64,000 nt of DNA from Enoplolaimus lenunculus. Lineage: Eukaryota. The stretch is from positions 434,001 through 498,000 of the forward strand of contig JASANG010000424.1 in NCBI GenBank assembly GCA_030248215.1, given 5' to 3'. The notes under the pieces are model-generated. The model was not told the origin of the DNA, did not search any database, and worked only from the letters and a program-made list of their open reading frames with translations. The translations under genes and the position numbers were made by a program. Position 1 is the first letter of the stretch; each line of letters starts with the position of its first letter. Shown piece after piece: positions 49,410-63,493 of the stretch.

Positions 49410-52400
49410 TAATTGAGTTGGAGTAACAAGGTAGTGAAACTGTGATGCATTTCTTTACATGACAAGAATTATGCTGAATTGGCGGGTGCGGTATGGTTTG
49501 AGCGTTCTCCGTTGTGAAACGTTTGCAGTCTTGGGTAGGCAAGCGGATGAAGGTTTTGATATTGATCTATCAGAAGAAAGCAAGATTTACGGAGTTTCAA
49601 TACTGAATTAGCTTGCAAATATACACATTTTTAATAATTTGAGCATGGTATATAATTTTGCTGAGTCATGACGGCTTTTGTGGTTTCGTGAAAGTGGAAC
49701 TAAGGTTTCGAAAACTTTGTTTTATGTAAAAAATTTAAAGCAAACAAAAGAAAACTTAGCTATCAATTTTGTTTTAAAAAGTTCAAAAAATGGTTTTCAA
49801 TTAAATTTGTTCAGAAATTATTTATCTTGCATGTTAGTATACATTGGATTCAGATATTGGGTTTAGTGGCAGTATTCGAGAGCCTCACTCATTAAGAAAT
49901 TCAGTCGGCTGTTTCTATTGCAGCAAACTATGGTCTTTTTGTTGTTGAAATCCGTGTTTATGAGTGCTGTTCATAAAATTTTACCCTTGACCCGTTTTAA
50001 AACTACTTTAAATACGTTAATTCTAGTTTTTGTTTCTTAAATTGTAAATGAATATAATAATGCATTTTTATTTCGCGATGAACAAACAATTAATATTATT
50101 TAATTAATGATGAAGTCAGTGAACTTTAATGTTCATCAGTTCATATTTTTGAAATATTGTTTTTAAGTATATTTGCAGAAAAAATTATTCAGTTTGGCAT
50201 GTTTTAAAGCTATCTCGTCCAATGTATGGGTTGACTTGTTTTGTTTTATGATTAGTTGTTAGTTTGTGGTTTAATATGCATTATTTTATTATTTTTTGTT
50301 TGATTTATAAATGAGCGAGGGTGTTTTTATTGAGCGATGTAGGTAGACTTTAGTGGTGTACTTTTTGAATTTGTGATTTGTGCGAAGTCTGGTGAGTTTA
50401 ATTTGTTAGAAAATTACGTTGTAGACGAGGAAAATGAAGAACAAGCTATCTTGAAGAGTCATGTTTTAAGCTTTGTGGGAGCGAGTGTTTAGACAAGTTT
50501 ATGTCTAACAATGGATTTACCAAAATGTAGCTGGCTATCGCTTTCAACAATAACGGAATTCGGTTATTTCTACATCAAAATAGTTAAAAACAAACGTACC
50601 CTAAAAGTGTCTGTAAGCAGATAGAATCTAAAATTGTAATTATGGTCCATAAATTTCAATTATCCCTAGCTGTATTGCATAAAACTCCAGGACCAAATAG
50701 GTTGAATTCGAAACTTTAAAGCATTAACGTAAAAAACAGGGGTGGAACAGTATTATACGCATATTCCTAAAGCCTAAACCAAGCAAAAATAGTCTAATTT
50801 TGAGAGGTACTTTTTAAACCTGGCATTATCGCTCAAGCGTTTCATACAAGACTACAGGATTCATTTAACGGAAGTCTGCAATAACGGATATATCAGTTAC
50901 AAATGGTGATGGAGGGCAGGTTACAAATAAATAACAGACCATAACTCAATAACAAGGTGTATACTCTCAGGATAGGCCAAATTAATATATCATTATCCCC
51001 CTCATATTCGGGTCACTATAGTACGCTTGTGGCATTTTGTATTCATTAATACCTTATGGCGCAAACTTTCCAAACTGTACTGTTAACAAATTAAATTTCT
51101 ACAAATATTAGACCCGCAGGAGGTTATTTTTTCAGGATGCATCAACATTATAAGCAGAGGTTGAAATTTGATAGTAATTTAGTACACATTTCACACAACT
51201 TTTCAAAAATAAAATAGTGAAATGGGACAAACAAATGAAACGACTTTTGTTTTATTCTTTTCAGAGTATCATTTTCAATGACCTGTATGACCTATTTTGA
51301 AAGTAAATGTATACTTTATTATCAGTGTTATATATGGTTTTCCTTTAAGTTTTCTTTTCGCTATTCGCTAAAAGTTTTTGTCGTTTAATTAATATAACAC
51401 AGTTTAAACAGTTAATATTGCAGCTTTTTGCAGCAAATTCTAAACAGTTGAACAAATTTTAATCATGTTTAGCGAAATTAATTTCAGTTTCTGACAACAT
51501 AGCCGTATGTCTTTAACTTTAATCAGTAAATTCTATTTCGTTTTCAGGTCAACATTTGTTTTCTGAGAAGCAATCATATTTGAAGGGTATATTTTTATTC
51601 CAACGTATGCGAGTTGCACTGCAAATTTCAGTAAGTTAATTATAACACAGAATGAGTCCAATCACCGGCAGTCTGGTTTAGAACCATCGGAACTCAGAAT
51701 TGTGAGTTGACTGCATTTGTTTCAGGATTTTAGCATTCTAAATGGTGTGTCTACAGCATTAAAAGCGACAAAATAGCGTTAAAAATAAATTTTTCGGCCA
51801 CAAGTAATTTTTATTTTCCCGTTCCGGTATTTTTTCACTTTCCGGTTCCGGGATTTTATAAGTCCGATTGCATCCTGACTGGAAAATATGCATATTTCAT
51901 ATTTTCCCAATGTTATCTTTCTGATTCAAGCGGCACGAGCTCCCTTTACAACTAAAATGCTAACACTTGTCAAACTTGTCGCACTCCTTTCCCTTCTCGC
52001 CGAATTTTTCTCAGTTTCTAAAATGCTATTCCCACCGTTTGTACAAACAGCCGTCTTGCCTACACTGCAAAAATTGGTGAGTCAAATGACTCCCTCCGAA
52101 ATAGCCTCTACGGGACTACACAAACTGTTTCAAATTTGACTTCGCCAAAATCAAACTTGCAGCTAAGTGAGTCGAATTTGACTCTGGCGGAGTCGAATTT
52201 AACTCAGTTTGTGCAGTCCCGTATAGCCTGTTTCAGAGAGAGTCAATTTGACTTACCATTTTTTGCAGTGTATACATTAAAGTTTAGTATACTTATATGT
52301 ATTCACACATCCATCATCCGTCAGAAATAAGTGTATGAATCTGCTACTGGGAACGGCATATGCTGGTATTTTAGGAGGCATGGGTTCGTTAGCTGTAGTG

Positions 52401-53791
52401 TTGGCCCTGCCGGCCAATGTTACTTTCACGGGCGTAACAGTAGATTAAGCGTTTATTCCTAAGCCTAAGCACAAGCCTAAGTGTTACAAAAATGTGTTCC
52501 TAAGCCTACGCCTAAGCAAAAAATGTAATCTAGTATCTAAACCTACTCTTTTATAGACCCACCAGAAACCTGCGACGCCCCTTAAAGTAACACGGGCCGC
52601 CCTGCCAATCGAGTGTTCTATTAACAGGGGCATACGTAGACAAAGAATACGAACCATGGTATTGATAAATTTTACAGCCAGGTTTATTAACATACAATAT
52701 ATTAAAATTGTTAATATCTTTTAACTCCAAAATGAATTTACAAATCTGTTCGATATTTCTTACTGCATTAATACTGATGGCACTTGACTACGCTTACGGC
52801 CATATTCAATGTAAGAATTTTGACAGTTTTAGCTGGAAATTGTTGCAGATACGTGCAGCAAACAGCAATTATATTTGACAATGTTTGCGCATGTTATGAG
52901 TTCAGTGAAAAGCACTTATACACTGTAAATGTCAGTGAGTTGATTTTAACTCAAAATGAGTTATTTCACTCAATCTCAGTAAGGACTATCAGGACTCAGA
53001 ATTCTAATTTCTTTGAATTCTGAGTTAATTAATCAACTCGGCCAAAACAACTCAACTCAGAGTGAGAATCAACTCAACAGAGATTGAGTTAATGTTTCAA
53101 AATATTAATTCTGAAATAACTAACTCGCTAGTTGAGCTGATTAGTTAACTCATTGGAATTTACAGTGTAGTAGCAGGCTGAAAACTTCCTATCTATGGTT
53201 TAAAAGATTTCAAAGAAGCACCCATGTTAACATCAGGGGTGCACCATGTTTCCGCCCGACTGTAATAGAGTACGCTAAAGTTAAGGCTAATTTTTTGCTT
53301 ATGCTTAAACTCAGGAATATGCTTATATTATTGTTCCGGCCCTGTTCCATACATGGGCCCTACTGTTTTGGTCCTATCCTATACATTGTCCCAAACAGTC
53401 ATATATAGCAAAACCGCGACGAATCAGCCGGGCCGCAGTCTTCACGGCGGTGTATTACAGTTATAGCAGATCCGTTCAAGAAATTACGTTCACATACGAC
53501 GTTTATGTGCGCTCAGAAACCACAATATGGATTAAGTATACTGCTAAATTAGCAAATTTCAATATCAAACTAATTTAACTCCAAAATCCGGTTTGGCCCT
53601 GAAGGCACGCGCTGGTTCGGTTTTAGATATGATTCTGTTATAATTATAAACTGTCACACAACTTAAAGCTACCTGCAGGTACGTAACTGCATCGAAATTC
53701 TATATACTAATAGCTAAGTAAAAATTTGACATAGCCAAAAAAATTTAAATTTGAGAAAAATTTAAGTTTATTTTGCTTATTTCTTTTTCAG

Positions 53792-56700
53792 ATCCACTAT
53801 TTCCGCAGCATCAACCGTGTTTTTTCTGCGATTGCTTCTACAAATACGACAGCCGTGATACTGCACTCGGCCAACAACCGTATACTGAAATCGTGTATCC
53901 ATCCGAAGATGAATGCTTATCGTTTTGTTGGCGAGATTTAAAAAAATGTAAGAACGAAAATTAATAATAATTTTGTATAAAATTTTGACTCGGGTACAAT
54001 TTTTGTCCACACTCCGCAAAAACTGGTGTGTCAAATTGACTCGTTTCGAAATAGGCTTTTTCGGACTACACAAACTGAGTCAAATTAAACTCCGCCAGAG
54101 TCAAATACGACTCAACGAGCGGAGTAGAATTTTGACTCAATTTGTGTAGTCCAGAAAAGCTTATTTCGGAGAGAGCCAATTTCACTCACCATTTTTTGCA
54201 GTGCACGCATAGGCTCAAGCCCTATTCACACGTGCAAGTTTTTGCAACAAAAACTTGTACGTGCAAGTTGGGTGTGCAAGTTTGGTTACAAAACAGCTTT
54301 GAAGTTCTTTCAGCTGCAAATTATTCACTGGAATTTATGCCATTAAATTAAATTCGCACGTGTGAACGCAGTCGCGAGTCGCTTGAATTCTTTGCACCAG
54401 CATTTTAATTGGCCAACTAGAAGACATGTTTTTGAATTTTCAGTTTATGTCGAGACTGACTGGACTTGGTTTGCGTCTGCTGAGTACTAAACAGAAACTG
54501 TAGGCTTTAAAAGCGGTTTTAAGTCAAGACATTTCGAGTAATTTCATGTTTATGCGTCAATGTTTCTTGCAGTTTAAACTTAAAGGTACAAGTTTTTCTA
54601 TTCCAAGAACATGCAGCTGCAATTTATTCATGATGAATATTCGCCCCAAAGTATTCTTCGGTATGAATAGTCTCGCAAGTCGACATAATTCATCATCATT
54701 GGCTGAACTGATAATTTATAGCTTATGTTTTTTATTTATTGCATCAGTCGTTTGCAAATTATTCATATAACTTCACAGCAAGATTGAAAATGAAAATGAT
54801 TTTTCCTTGCAAATATTTGCAGTTGCAAGTCACTCGTACAAGTTGAACCTAACAGTTCTCGCAGCAAAAACTTGCAAGTCTAAATAGGGCTTAAGGTTTA
54901 GGAAAAGGTTTATCTATCATGACCTCGAAGCCTTTGCATAAGCCTTTTCTCAATCTTAAGATGTGAGGCCCATGTTAAACTCAGGGGCGGAACGTTTGTC
55001 TGCGTGACTAGAATAGAGTAAGCTTAAGCTTTAGACTAATTTTTGCTTGGCTTAGGCTTAGGCTTAGGCTTGCAATATGCTCGTTCTTACGCTTATCCTT
55101 GGGCTCGGCTTAAGCTTAGGTTTAGGTTTAGGCTTAGGCTTAGGCTTTTTCTTAGTTTCAAGCTGACTAATATGTTTATAATACTGTTCCGTCCCTGTTC
55201 TTTACATTGGCCAGATGTGACAAGACCCAAAATTTGTAAATCTACAAAATTACCTACAACCAGCAATACGTAGACTGCAAAAATGTTCAACTCAATCCAA
55301 ATATGCTTAAATTTCTTAAAATTCACACAATTTGTACATTATTTTAAACTGCGTAAATTCTGTCTCACTGCCAACTTCCGTAACGGCTTCGACAAAATTT
55401 GTTGACAATTGGCAACGGTATTTTTCTCGTCGAGTTACACCATTCCAGCCACTTATGCATAAAGTTTATTATGTCATACATCGGGATCGACCAATTACGA
55501 ATTATTGATATCAGCAAAATACACAGAAAAATTGAGCAAATTTTTACTGAGTGCAAAAATAAAGGCGTGTAAATGTCGGTCGCAGGTAAAGCAATTTTGT
55601 GCCGGTATACCACCTACGGGTAAAAAAATGAAACTACTGAGGGTAAGGCGGTGGGTCGGCTAAACAAATTTGCACCTACTTACATCTCTGCAAAGCAGAT
55701 TGCAAGCAATATATCTGCACTGGTGGGATAGCGTTTGTTTATACGTGGTTTTAAAATGGCAGCAGGTGGAAAAACTTTACAAAATGTTTTTTTTTTATTT
55801 ATGACAAACGTTTCTCAGTTGTTGCTTAATTTTGACCAAAATTAACAAAAATTTATCTTTTGATATTTACACAAAATTTAAGAAAATTTTGAGTTTTTAT
55901 TTGAAATTTATATTTTAATAAATAGTTTTGTCAAATATTTTTATGGGAAAATTGTTCTAAAAATTATTATTTGTGTTTCAGGTAAAGCAGTAACGTATGG
56001 AATTGTCGGCGGACACGATGGCATTTTATGTGAGCTTTATGGCGAAAGCGCTTTGCCTTACAATGTAGAATACCGGACTGCAATGAATTATTATGAACCG
56101 ATTCAAAATTGGCCCTGTCACCATCCAGGTATTGTCAGAAGGTGTATATTAGTGATATACATTGGATAGTTTTTCATATCCGGATATCCGGTAATTGTTG
56201 CCGGATATTTATCCGGATATATGGATATATCTGGATATCCGGATATCCGAAATTAAATATTCTTTTACGAATGTTCGAGGCTAGATTTTGCGTTTTCCGA
56301 ATTTCCGAACTTCAATTTTCGTTTCTTAAGCACTTGTTTTAATTTGATTGTTTAAGGGAACACCACTGACCAACGAGCTGATAGTTATGAGCGTAAAACA
56401 TACAATTCTGAAAATAGTTATTTGTTATGCAACTGCTTCAATGGTACATGGGTATTCGGTTTAGCAGGTTGCTACTTACTAAATAAATACTTGCGTTGGT
56501 CAACCGAAATTGAGTTGATTTGGTTTGTCGCAGTCTGATTTTAACCACTGTAACAGAGATACTATCGAATATCACCTTCCTCTAAGCACATAAATCCGGT
56601 TTACGTTCCAAGAAGAACAGAACCACATTGAAAAGTACCTTACGCTAAATCGTACGTTCAGCCCATGTTGCTTTTAGTGGTGCCTGTGAAAAGTTGATGA

Positions 56701-58008
56701 TTTCCTAGTTTGAAAAGGCCTCAAGTCGAACTCTATCTTGTCCTCTCACGATATTACGCTATAAGCCCGGTGTAGGCTTTAATTGCAGACTAATTTTTTG
56801 CTTGGGCTTAGGCTTAAGCTTTGTTTTAGACTTGTGTTTACTGAGGAGGCTTAAACTTAGAAATATGTTTTGAGTATTACATTGCTAAAAGTATTGGCCC
56901 AAATGTTCAGGACCGGCTGTAGTCTTAATATATCAGAACTTATTGCCGATTTGGCTCCTCATAACCTCACTTGTGATTTCAATTAAATTGTCATTTTTTA
57001 AGAGTTGAATCTATACTTTCGCTTTCGTGATCTTATATGGACTACTGCGGAACCAAAAATGCATTTTCAACAGTTCAGAAATGTACATATTTTCATGAAT
57101 TATATTAATACTGTTTAAAAGCGGCGCGCTGAATTGAACTGCGTCACTTTTTGCGTTGGATGACTGGTTTAGCGCACCTAATTTACCACTAATTTTTTTA
57201 GATACTTTTGCTTCAATCTTAAAAACCAAAACTATTAAGAAGCTCTTTTTCCATCAACTTAACGAAGCTGTTTGCTGTGTAAACGGAACATCAATAAGCT
57301 AACATATACATGTCAGCAGTTAGCACATAAATTCTGCAAGTGATAGAAAAATATTAATTTTGTGTTAATAGATAAGAATGGCGCTATACTTGTCATACGA
57401 CGACGTCCGACGCCGTACCGCACCGCAAGTTAAAAAGTTTTGTATATGAATTATGCTACGCTATGTAGAAATTCATGTGCTTTACGGTACAGTGCCGTAC
57501 GGTGACGGACAACGCCGGACGTTATCAAAAGTATAGCGGCATCTTAAGTCAACCTATAATTTTCATCAAACTCAAACGACGAAACAGTCGAACACTAAAC
57601 CCCTTTTCATTCACAAGACACACCGTAGGACCGAGCTTACGACAGTATCCAACAAGATGTATTAGAAAAGAAATGTTTTCAATACTATACAGAATTTTTT
57701 TCGCCAGCTCCTGCAACTTTAGTGGTAAAACAATCCGAACTATTCCAATTTTTTACGCAATAGCATGTCGGATATCCGGCGGTTGTTCGGATACCTGGTG
57801 CCCATATATATCTGTTTTGCATAAGCTGTGTATTTGTAATAAATAACTTAGTTTTGTATTATATTTGGAAAAAAATACTTTTTGTGTTTCAGTTCCGCCA
57901 ATTCGGCCTGGACTCAGTCCACGCGCACCACTTGATGGCCTGACGTCACGTCAACGGGAAAAAGCGTACAGAAGCCGACATTGGTTTCCAAAAGTTTGGA
58001 ATTTATAA
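53792..58008 (+). CDS. Small PAN/Apple-domain protein, last three exons (5' exon uncertain; a signal-peptide-like ORF starts at ATG 51957)
   Basis: Exons 53792-53947, 55982-56128 and 57893-58008 are phase-compatible with TTTCAG acceptors. The Cys pattern C-F...SEDECLSFCWRDLKKCKAVTY...CELY...NYYE fits a PAN/Apple module. Confidence 0.75.
54218..54891. mobile_element. TIR element with CCTATTCACACGTG ends and TGCAAGTT sub-repeats
   Basis: AGCCCTATT...AATAGGGCT ends; a shorter relative lies at about 14817-15090 (CCTATTCGCACGTG...CACGTGTGAATAGG). Confidence 0.6.
54967..55212 (+). mobile_element. Telomere-MITE copy in an intron of the PAN-domain gene
   Basis: GGCCCATGT...ACATTGGCC ends with two TTAGGC blocks inside. 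Confidence 0.8.
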
Positions 58009-60779
58009 TTGATTTTAATTAATGCATGACTGGAGCTCAAGCCCAAGGTCCGTGCCATCCCTGGTTTCGTACAGTGGCGCAGCATCCGCAAAAGGAAATT
58101 GGACCAGCATCTTTGATTTTTGGAGTAAAAATATTCAACGTTGAGTTGAAAGATTTATGAACAAATACTAAAGGCCGACCATATAGTACAAATTGTTAGA
58201 TTTGGTTGCTTGCTTGTATCGCTGGTTTGAAATTTTGCCCACAATATTTCGCACCTCAGCGTATGTGTGGCCCCTCCCGTTTTTGGATCAGCTGCGATGT
58301 CCCTTGATCCATATTTTAGGCCGTATTTTAAAAATGGGATATTTTTAAAATTTTGAAAATTTCAATTATGTACACAATTATTGCGTTTGTGACACTTTTT
58401 GTATTGCTTTGTTTTTTGTAATCTCTGGCATATGATACATTTGTTCAAAAATGCGTTTTGGCGTTCAAATTGAACATTTCTACCGCGTCCGTTAGGTATA
58501 TTGAATTTGAATTCCAAGTATTCACATACCTGTACGTTTTATATTGTGTATTTTTTAAAACAATTCAAATATCAATAATATTGAATAATAAACTTTAATG
58601 TTAATATATAAACAGTTTGGTTGCGCTGGTTTTAAGTTTTTCAAAATCCTTTTTTGGGGCCTTTGGGCAACATTGTATACGATAGATAAACTCGATGGAA
58701 TATATCCTCATGAAACTTCCCATGACCCAAGTAAAAAGTGCTGTTAACAACAAAGTTTACAATAGCCTTCTATAGAACCACCGTAAGTGTAAACATGTGC
58801 GACATGCGTGTCCTGGTGCATATGCAATATATCTGCAATGCACAGTGTGTAGTATGCTTGTCGGCAGCATACGGTTAACATATAGTTGACGATAGAAACA
58901 GTACGACATTTGGGCTATACGCGCAGTGGTAACATCGTCTGCTTGACACGTAAAAGGTCGCTAGTTTAAAACCATCCGTACTTAACCCGCTTTCCCAGCT
59001 GTTTAGTAGGAAGGTCTGAAATCCCGGTTCGTACCTTGACTGAAAGCAAAAAAGCTTCATATGATATTATCTCGTCTCGGAATAAAATCCTGGTTTGGCT
59101 TTTGGTTTCGGGTGGGGCATGTTTCTTTTAATAGAGCCGTCCTGGTTTCTGATTGGTCTGTGAAAAAGGTTTAGATTATAGACTACATTTTTTGCTTAAG
59201 CTCAGGCTTAGGCATACACTTTTTATTAACACTTAGGCTCAGGTGTAAGAATAGTAAATACGACGGCCCAAAAAAAAAAAAAAAAAAAAAAAAAATAGGC
59301 TTTTCCTGACTACACAAACTGAGTCAAATTCGACTCCGCCAGAGTTAAATGTGCGACATGATGAATCGAATTGGACTCTCGTAGAGTCGAATTTGACTCA
59401 ATTTGTGTAGTTAGGAAAAACCTATTTCCGAGAGAGTCAATCTGATTCACCATTTTTTACAGTGTAAGAGTAGCATAGACCGTTTCGGATTGAGATTCTA
59501 CGCAGGGCACACGGTTTATCTTTAGTCCATTGATCTGTTTAACATAGTATTGAATAATATGCGTTTGATTTTAGTGCAAAAATTAAGGCGTTTATAAGGT
59601 ATCAAAACGAAATTATAAGATTTTAGGAAACTGTATTTCATATTGTGCATAACATTTATGGCCCATCTAAAGATGAGAAGCGGATCTGTTTTCTTCGGGA
59701 CTGCATTTAGAGTAAGCTTAAAGCTTTAGACTATTTTTTTGCTTACGTTTAAGCTCATATTTACGATTAGACTTAGGAATAGGAATATATATGCTTGTAC
59801 TATTGGTACGACCCTGTTCTATACATTGGCTGGAATTATTGTTAATCAAGTAGTGTAAGATATTTATATATCCCCACTAGCGCTATCTGTAGAACCTTGG
59901 CCAATGTTACTTTGATGGACGTAAACAGTAGTATAAGCATATTCCTCAGCCTGCCTATCAGCTGCATTCATTAAAGGAACGCGGGAGCGATTTTGACATT
60001 TAAAATTCAATTCCTGTTACCAGATCCGTAAACCACGTTGATAACCCTTACCGTTTCCATAATTGTATTAAGGATATTTTCTCAGGCTCAAGTTGTCAGC
60101 AGGTAGACAGCTCATACGCAATCCACTCAGCAGACCACGCCCGTAGCCAGCTCCATCTTGCTATGTAGGCGACACATTTTTCAGAAGGTGCATACAAAAG
60201 TTTTCGATGACTTACAAGCAATAAGATTAATAATTTTTAAGGGTCTGGAGTAACAGTCTTCCAAGTGTAGCAGGCCCCTTTCGTGCTACCGGATGGACTC
60301 AGACACAACGAGTATGCGCATAGCCACGGTCATTACTTGCTGTTGCTCGTCGTTTGTGCCTGAGAAACAATACTTGATAGCGATCAAGGCCGAATCTATA
60401 ATGTGGCACGTATAGCAATTACCGTACACCATTCTGTCAGCGTTGCCAGCTGCGACCATAGCAGTCAGTGTACACTGTAATTTCCAATGAGTTGCATACT
60501 CAACTCAGCTCGAAAATTAGTTATTTCTGTGTTAATAACAATATTCATTAACTCACTCTGAGTTGAGTAGATTTTCCGTCTCATATGACTTGATTCTGGT
60601 TGAGTCGATCAGTTAACTCAGATTGCGTTGTATCAACTCACAATTCTGAGTTCTGGGCGTTCTAACTCAGACTGAGTGATTCAATTCGTTTTGAGATAAA
60701 ATCAAGTCACTGGAATTTACAGTGTAAACGCCGAGTTGTTCGCTACGAATACATCAATCAATCCTGTTTATGTACCAAC

Positions 60780-60976
60780 CAGTGCCGGTGCAGGCAGGGG
60801 TGGGGGCTCCCGCCAAATTCCAGGGTGGGGTCCCCTAAACTCGCGAGCGAAGCGAGCCAAAAGCCAGGCGCATTTTCAAACTTGAGCGGTTTTTGTTTCA
60901 ACCGGTTAGGGCGAGGGGAGTTTCGGGGTGCGGCCCCCCAAATAAGGTGTATGGGGTGGTGGCCGCTCCGGCCGTG
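60780..60976. mobile_element. GC-rich hAT-like MITE
   Basis: CAGTGCCGG...CCGGCCGTG ends; the flanks GTACCAAC/GTATCAAC match 7 of 8. Confidence 0.65.
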
Positions 60977-61049
60977 GTATCAACTAAAGCCTGACTTGAG
61001 AGCAGCTACAATATGGCGCAGTGCAGTTGGCGATGAAATACAGGTTTAG

Positions 61050-61112
61050 CCTAGTGATCGAACCCGGGTCTTCAGCGTGCAAGTCAGATATGTTATCCAC
61101 TGCTCCACTAAG
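61050..61112 (-). pseudogene. tRNA-derived (Ala TGC-like) pseudogene or SINE head
   Basis: The minus strand reads GTGGAGCAGTGGATAACATATCTGACTTGCACGCTGAAGACCCGGGTTCGATC, with A and B boxes and a CT-TGC-AC loop, but the stems are imperfect. Confidence 0.45.
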
Positions 61113-61478
61113 ACGTGATATCGCACGGTCAACCGCAACACCATCAGATCAATTTCAACTGGCTGCGTTTTAATCAATTTTTAATAGTCGGGGTTTGATG
61201 TTACTTTTGGAACCATAAAATAAAAATGTCGGTGGTGTGGTTTGTTGTAGAAATAAATTCAAATTATAGACGGTTCACTTGAGTAATTACCAACGATTTA
61301 ATTTCGTTATATTTATGTGGGGGGTAAAACTGTAAAAAAGATGTTTACATAATGCGTAGAACGAACTTTTGTTATACGATTTCATTGATGGTGTTGGTGC
61401 TAATATTATTGCGGATAGCAAACGACAATCTAAGTAAGACATGTTAGTCTTTAGTAATAATAGACGTAGGGTTTGTGA

Positions 61479-61900
61479 CAGGGTGCAACCGGAATTCCGG
61501 TTCCGGTAGAAAATCCGATATTTTAATACTATCTGTTTCCGCGTATAAATCCGGTATTTTTTCACGGGAATTATCCGGTATTTTCGGTATTGAAAATTTT
61601 TCTCATTTGAAAATTTAAGCAAAATTGACATATTATTCAAACTTATTTCTCTAAAATTGTCCGTGCGTGTATTGCCAAAATTTTCAATTTGTGCCATACT
61701 CCATAATTTTCTATATGTTTCCACTTACTGCATTCGTTTCAGGATTTTGGCATTCTAAATGGTATGTTTACAGCATTAAAAGCGATAAAATAGCGTTAAA
61801 AATAAATTTTTCGGTAACAAGTATTTTTCATTTTCCGGTTCCGGTTCTGGTATTTTTTAACTTTCCGGTTCCGGTATTTTATAATTCCGGTTTCACCCGG
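61479..61900. mobile_element. hAT-like MITE, CAGGGTGCAACCGG family
   Basis: Exact 8-bp TSD GTTTGTGA. Confidence 0.85.
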
Positions 61901-62519
61901 GTTTGTGATAAGTAATGATACCTCACCGTCTAAATAGAATATTACTTCATTTTGGATTTCTAATATACCTACATTTTAATGTTTGCTACAAAAAGGTCGT
62001 CAGGTATATATGTCGTATAACCAAACTGCTATTCAGGCCAATTATTTACTCGGCAAGACCAATTAACTTGCTATGTTTTCTTTTTTACGGGCGTCTATTT
62101 TTTAATGGGGCGGTATTATTGTAATAGGGTAGATAGCTTTAGGTTAAACGAGTTTTTGCTTAGGTGTAAGTTTAGAGCTAGGAATGCGCTTTGACAAGTG
62201 CTTCTCGCATCAATACTGTAAAGCATAGAGTGTAATTTAAAGTTAGTTAGGGCCTGCATTCTCATATGTGTGTAGCACCTATCAACAGTTTGAGAATATG
62301 GGCCTGCACTGCAATGGTATTGACTTAATTGTCCAATCATATTTAATAGCATGGTCAGGTCGGCGACCAACAACCGCTAGGTTAATTTGTAGTTGGACTG
62401 AAAGATTTGTGCGAGTCAAAGTTTAAAAAATATCAAAACTTTCACTACTAAAATTGTCATCTTCGTAAAATATTTTACGTTTCACTGGAATGCGATTGAA
62501 ATATTTTTGTTTAAAATAC

Positions 62520-62870
62520 AACCAGGTCAAGAGCTGCAAGAACAATATCAGGAACAACAACAAGAACAACAACAACAGCAACAACATCAACAACAAGGAC
62601 AACAAGTAGGACAACAACAACAACAACAACCACCACAACACCAAACACCACAAAACCAACAACAGCGAAAGGAAGATGGAATAGCAGACGACAAAGAGAA
62701 AACAAAAGCAAGGAAAAAAGTTGAAGAAAAACAAAAACAACGACAACAACAACAAAAACATCATCGACAACAACAACAACGACGACGACGACAACAACGA
62801 CAACAACGACGACGACAACGACAACAACGACGACAACAACAACAACAACAACACCGACGACGACAGCAAA
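62520..62870 (+). repeat. CAA/CGA trinucleotide low-complexity tract (reads as poly-Q/R within ORF 62507-63178)
   Basis: Long imperfect (CAA)n/(CGA)n runs are visible directly; coding status is unresolved. Confidence 0.85.
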
Positions 62871-63148
62871 AACTCAAAGCTGCAGCGATGACGGAAGACC
62901 AATACAAAGAACTGCGTAAAAAAGTTGGATCGTTTGTCAGCCAAGCATCAACAGCGCTGTCGTTGGTCAAAGAGAAAAAAATGCCTCCTTCAAAACATCC
63001 CGCAACCAAGTTTCCTCCACTGCGCTCACCTGTCAGGTCAGCACGATTTCCACGAATTACTCACCATCCGTCACGAATGCTGTACCCGCATCTCAACCTG
63101 CTTTACTGTGGTATACCGAAAAATTGTCATTCACAATTCAAAGGTACC

Positions 63149-63493
63149 TACTGTAGTGACCCGAGAAGAGGACGGTAATAAAGAGGTCTCCATTTTGAGT
63201 CCCAATCAACATGAGTCCGTATCCCTAATAAGAGTCCGTAAAGTCTATAAATCTCAATTATCCATGATTGTAGTGCATAAATGCCTCCAATAGTCAGAAC
63301 CAAATAAAGTTGACTTCCAAACTTTAAAGCATACTCAAGTTTTTAAAGTATATTCCTAAGTATAACCTTATCGTTAAAGGGCGGAGGAGGATGGGTTAAA
63401 CTAAATAACAGTCCGTAAACCGAATAACAGGGGGGACCCTCCGGAGATGAAAAATAAATATCGGTCCCCCCTCTTACTCGGGCCACCACAGTA
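63149..63493. mobile_element. MITE family with TAGTGACCCGAATAAGAGG-type TIRs
   Basis: TACTGTAGTGACCCGAG...CTCGGGCCACCACAGTA. Homologous bodies lie at about 1464-1889, 1209-1325, 22907-23012, 31160-31262 and 50630-51020. Confidence 0.75.

Noticed and set aside
49650..50400. T-rich stretch resembling a mitochondrial insertion
   Set aside because: I could not recognise any mitochondrial gene; it is compatible with 3' UTR or intergenic DNA.
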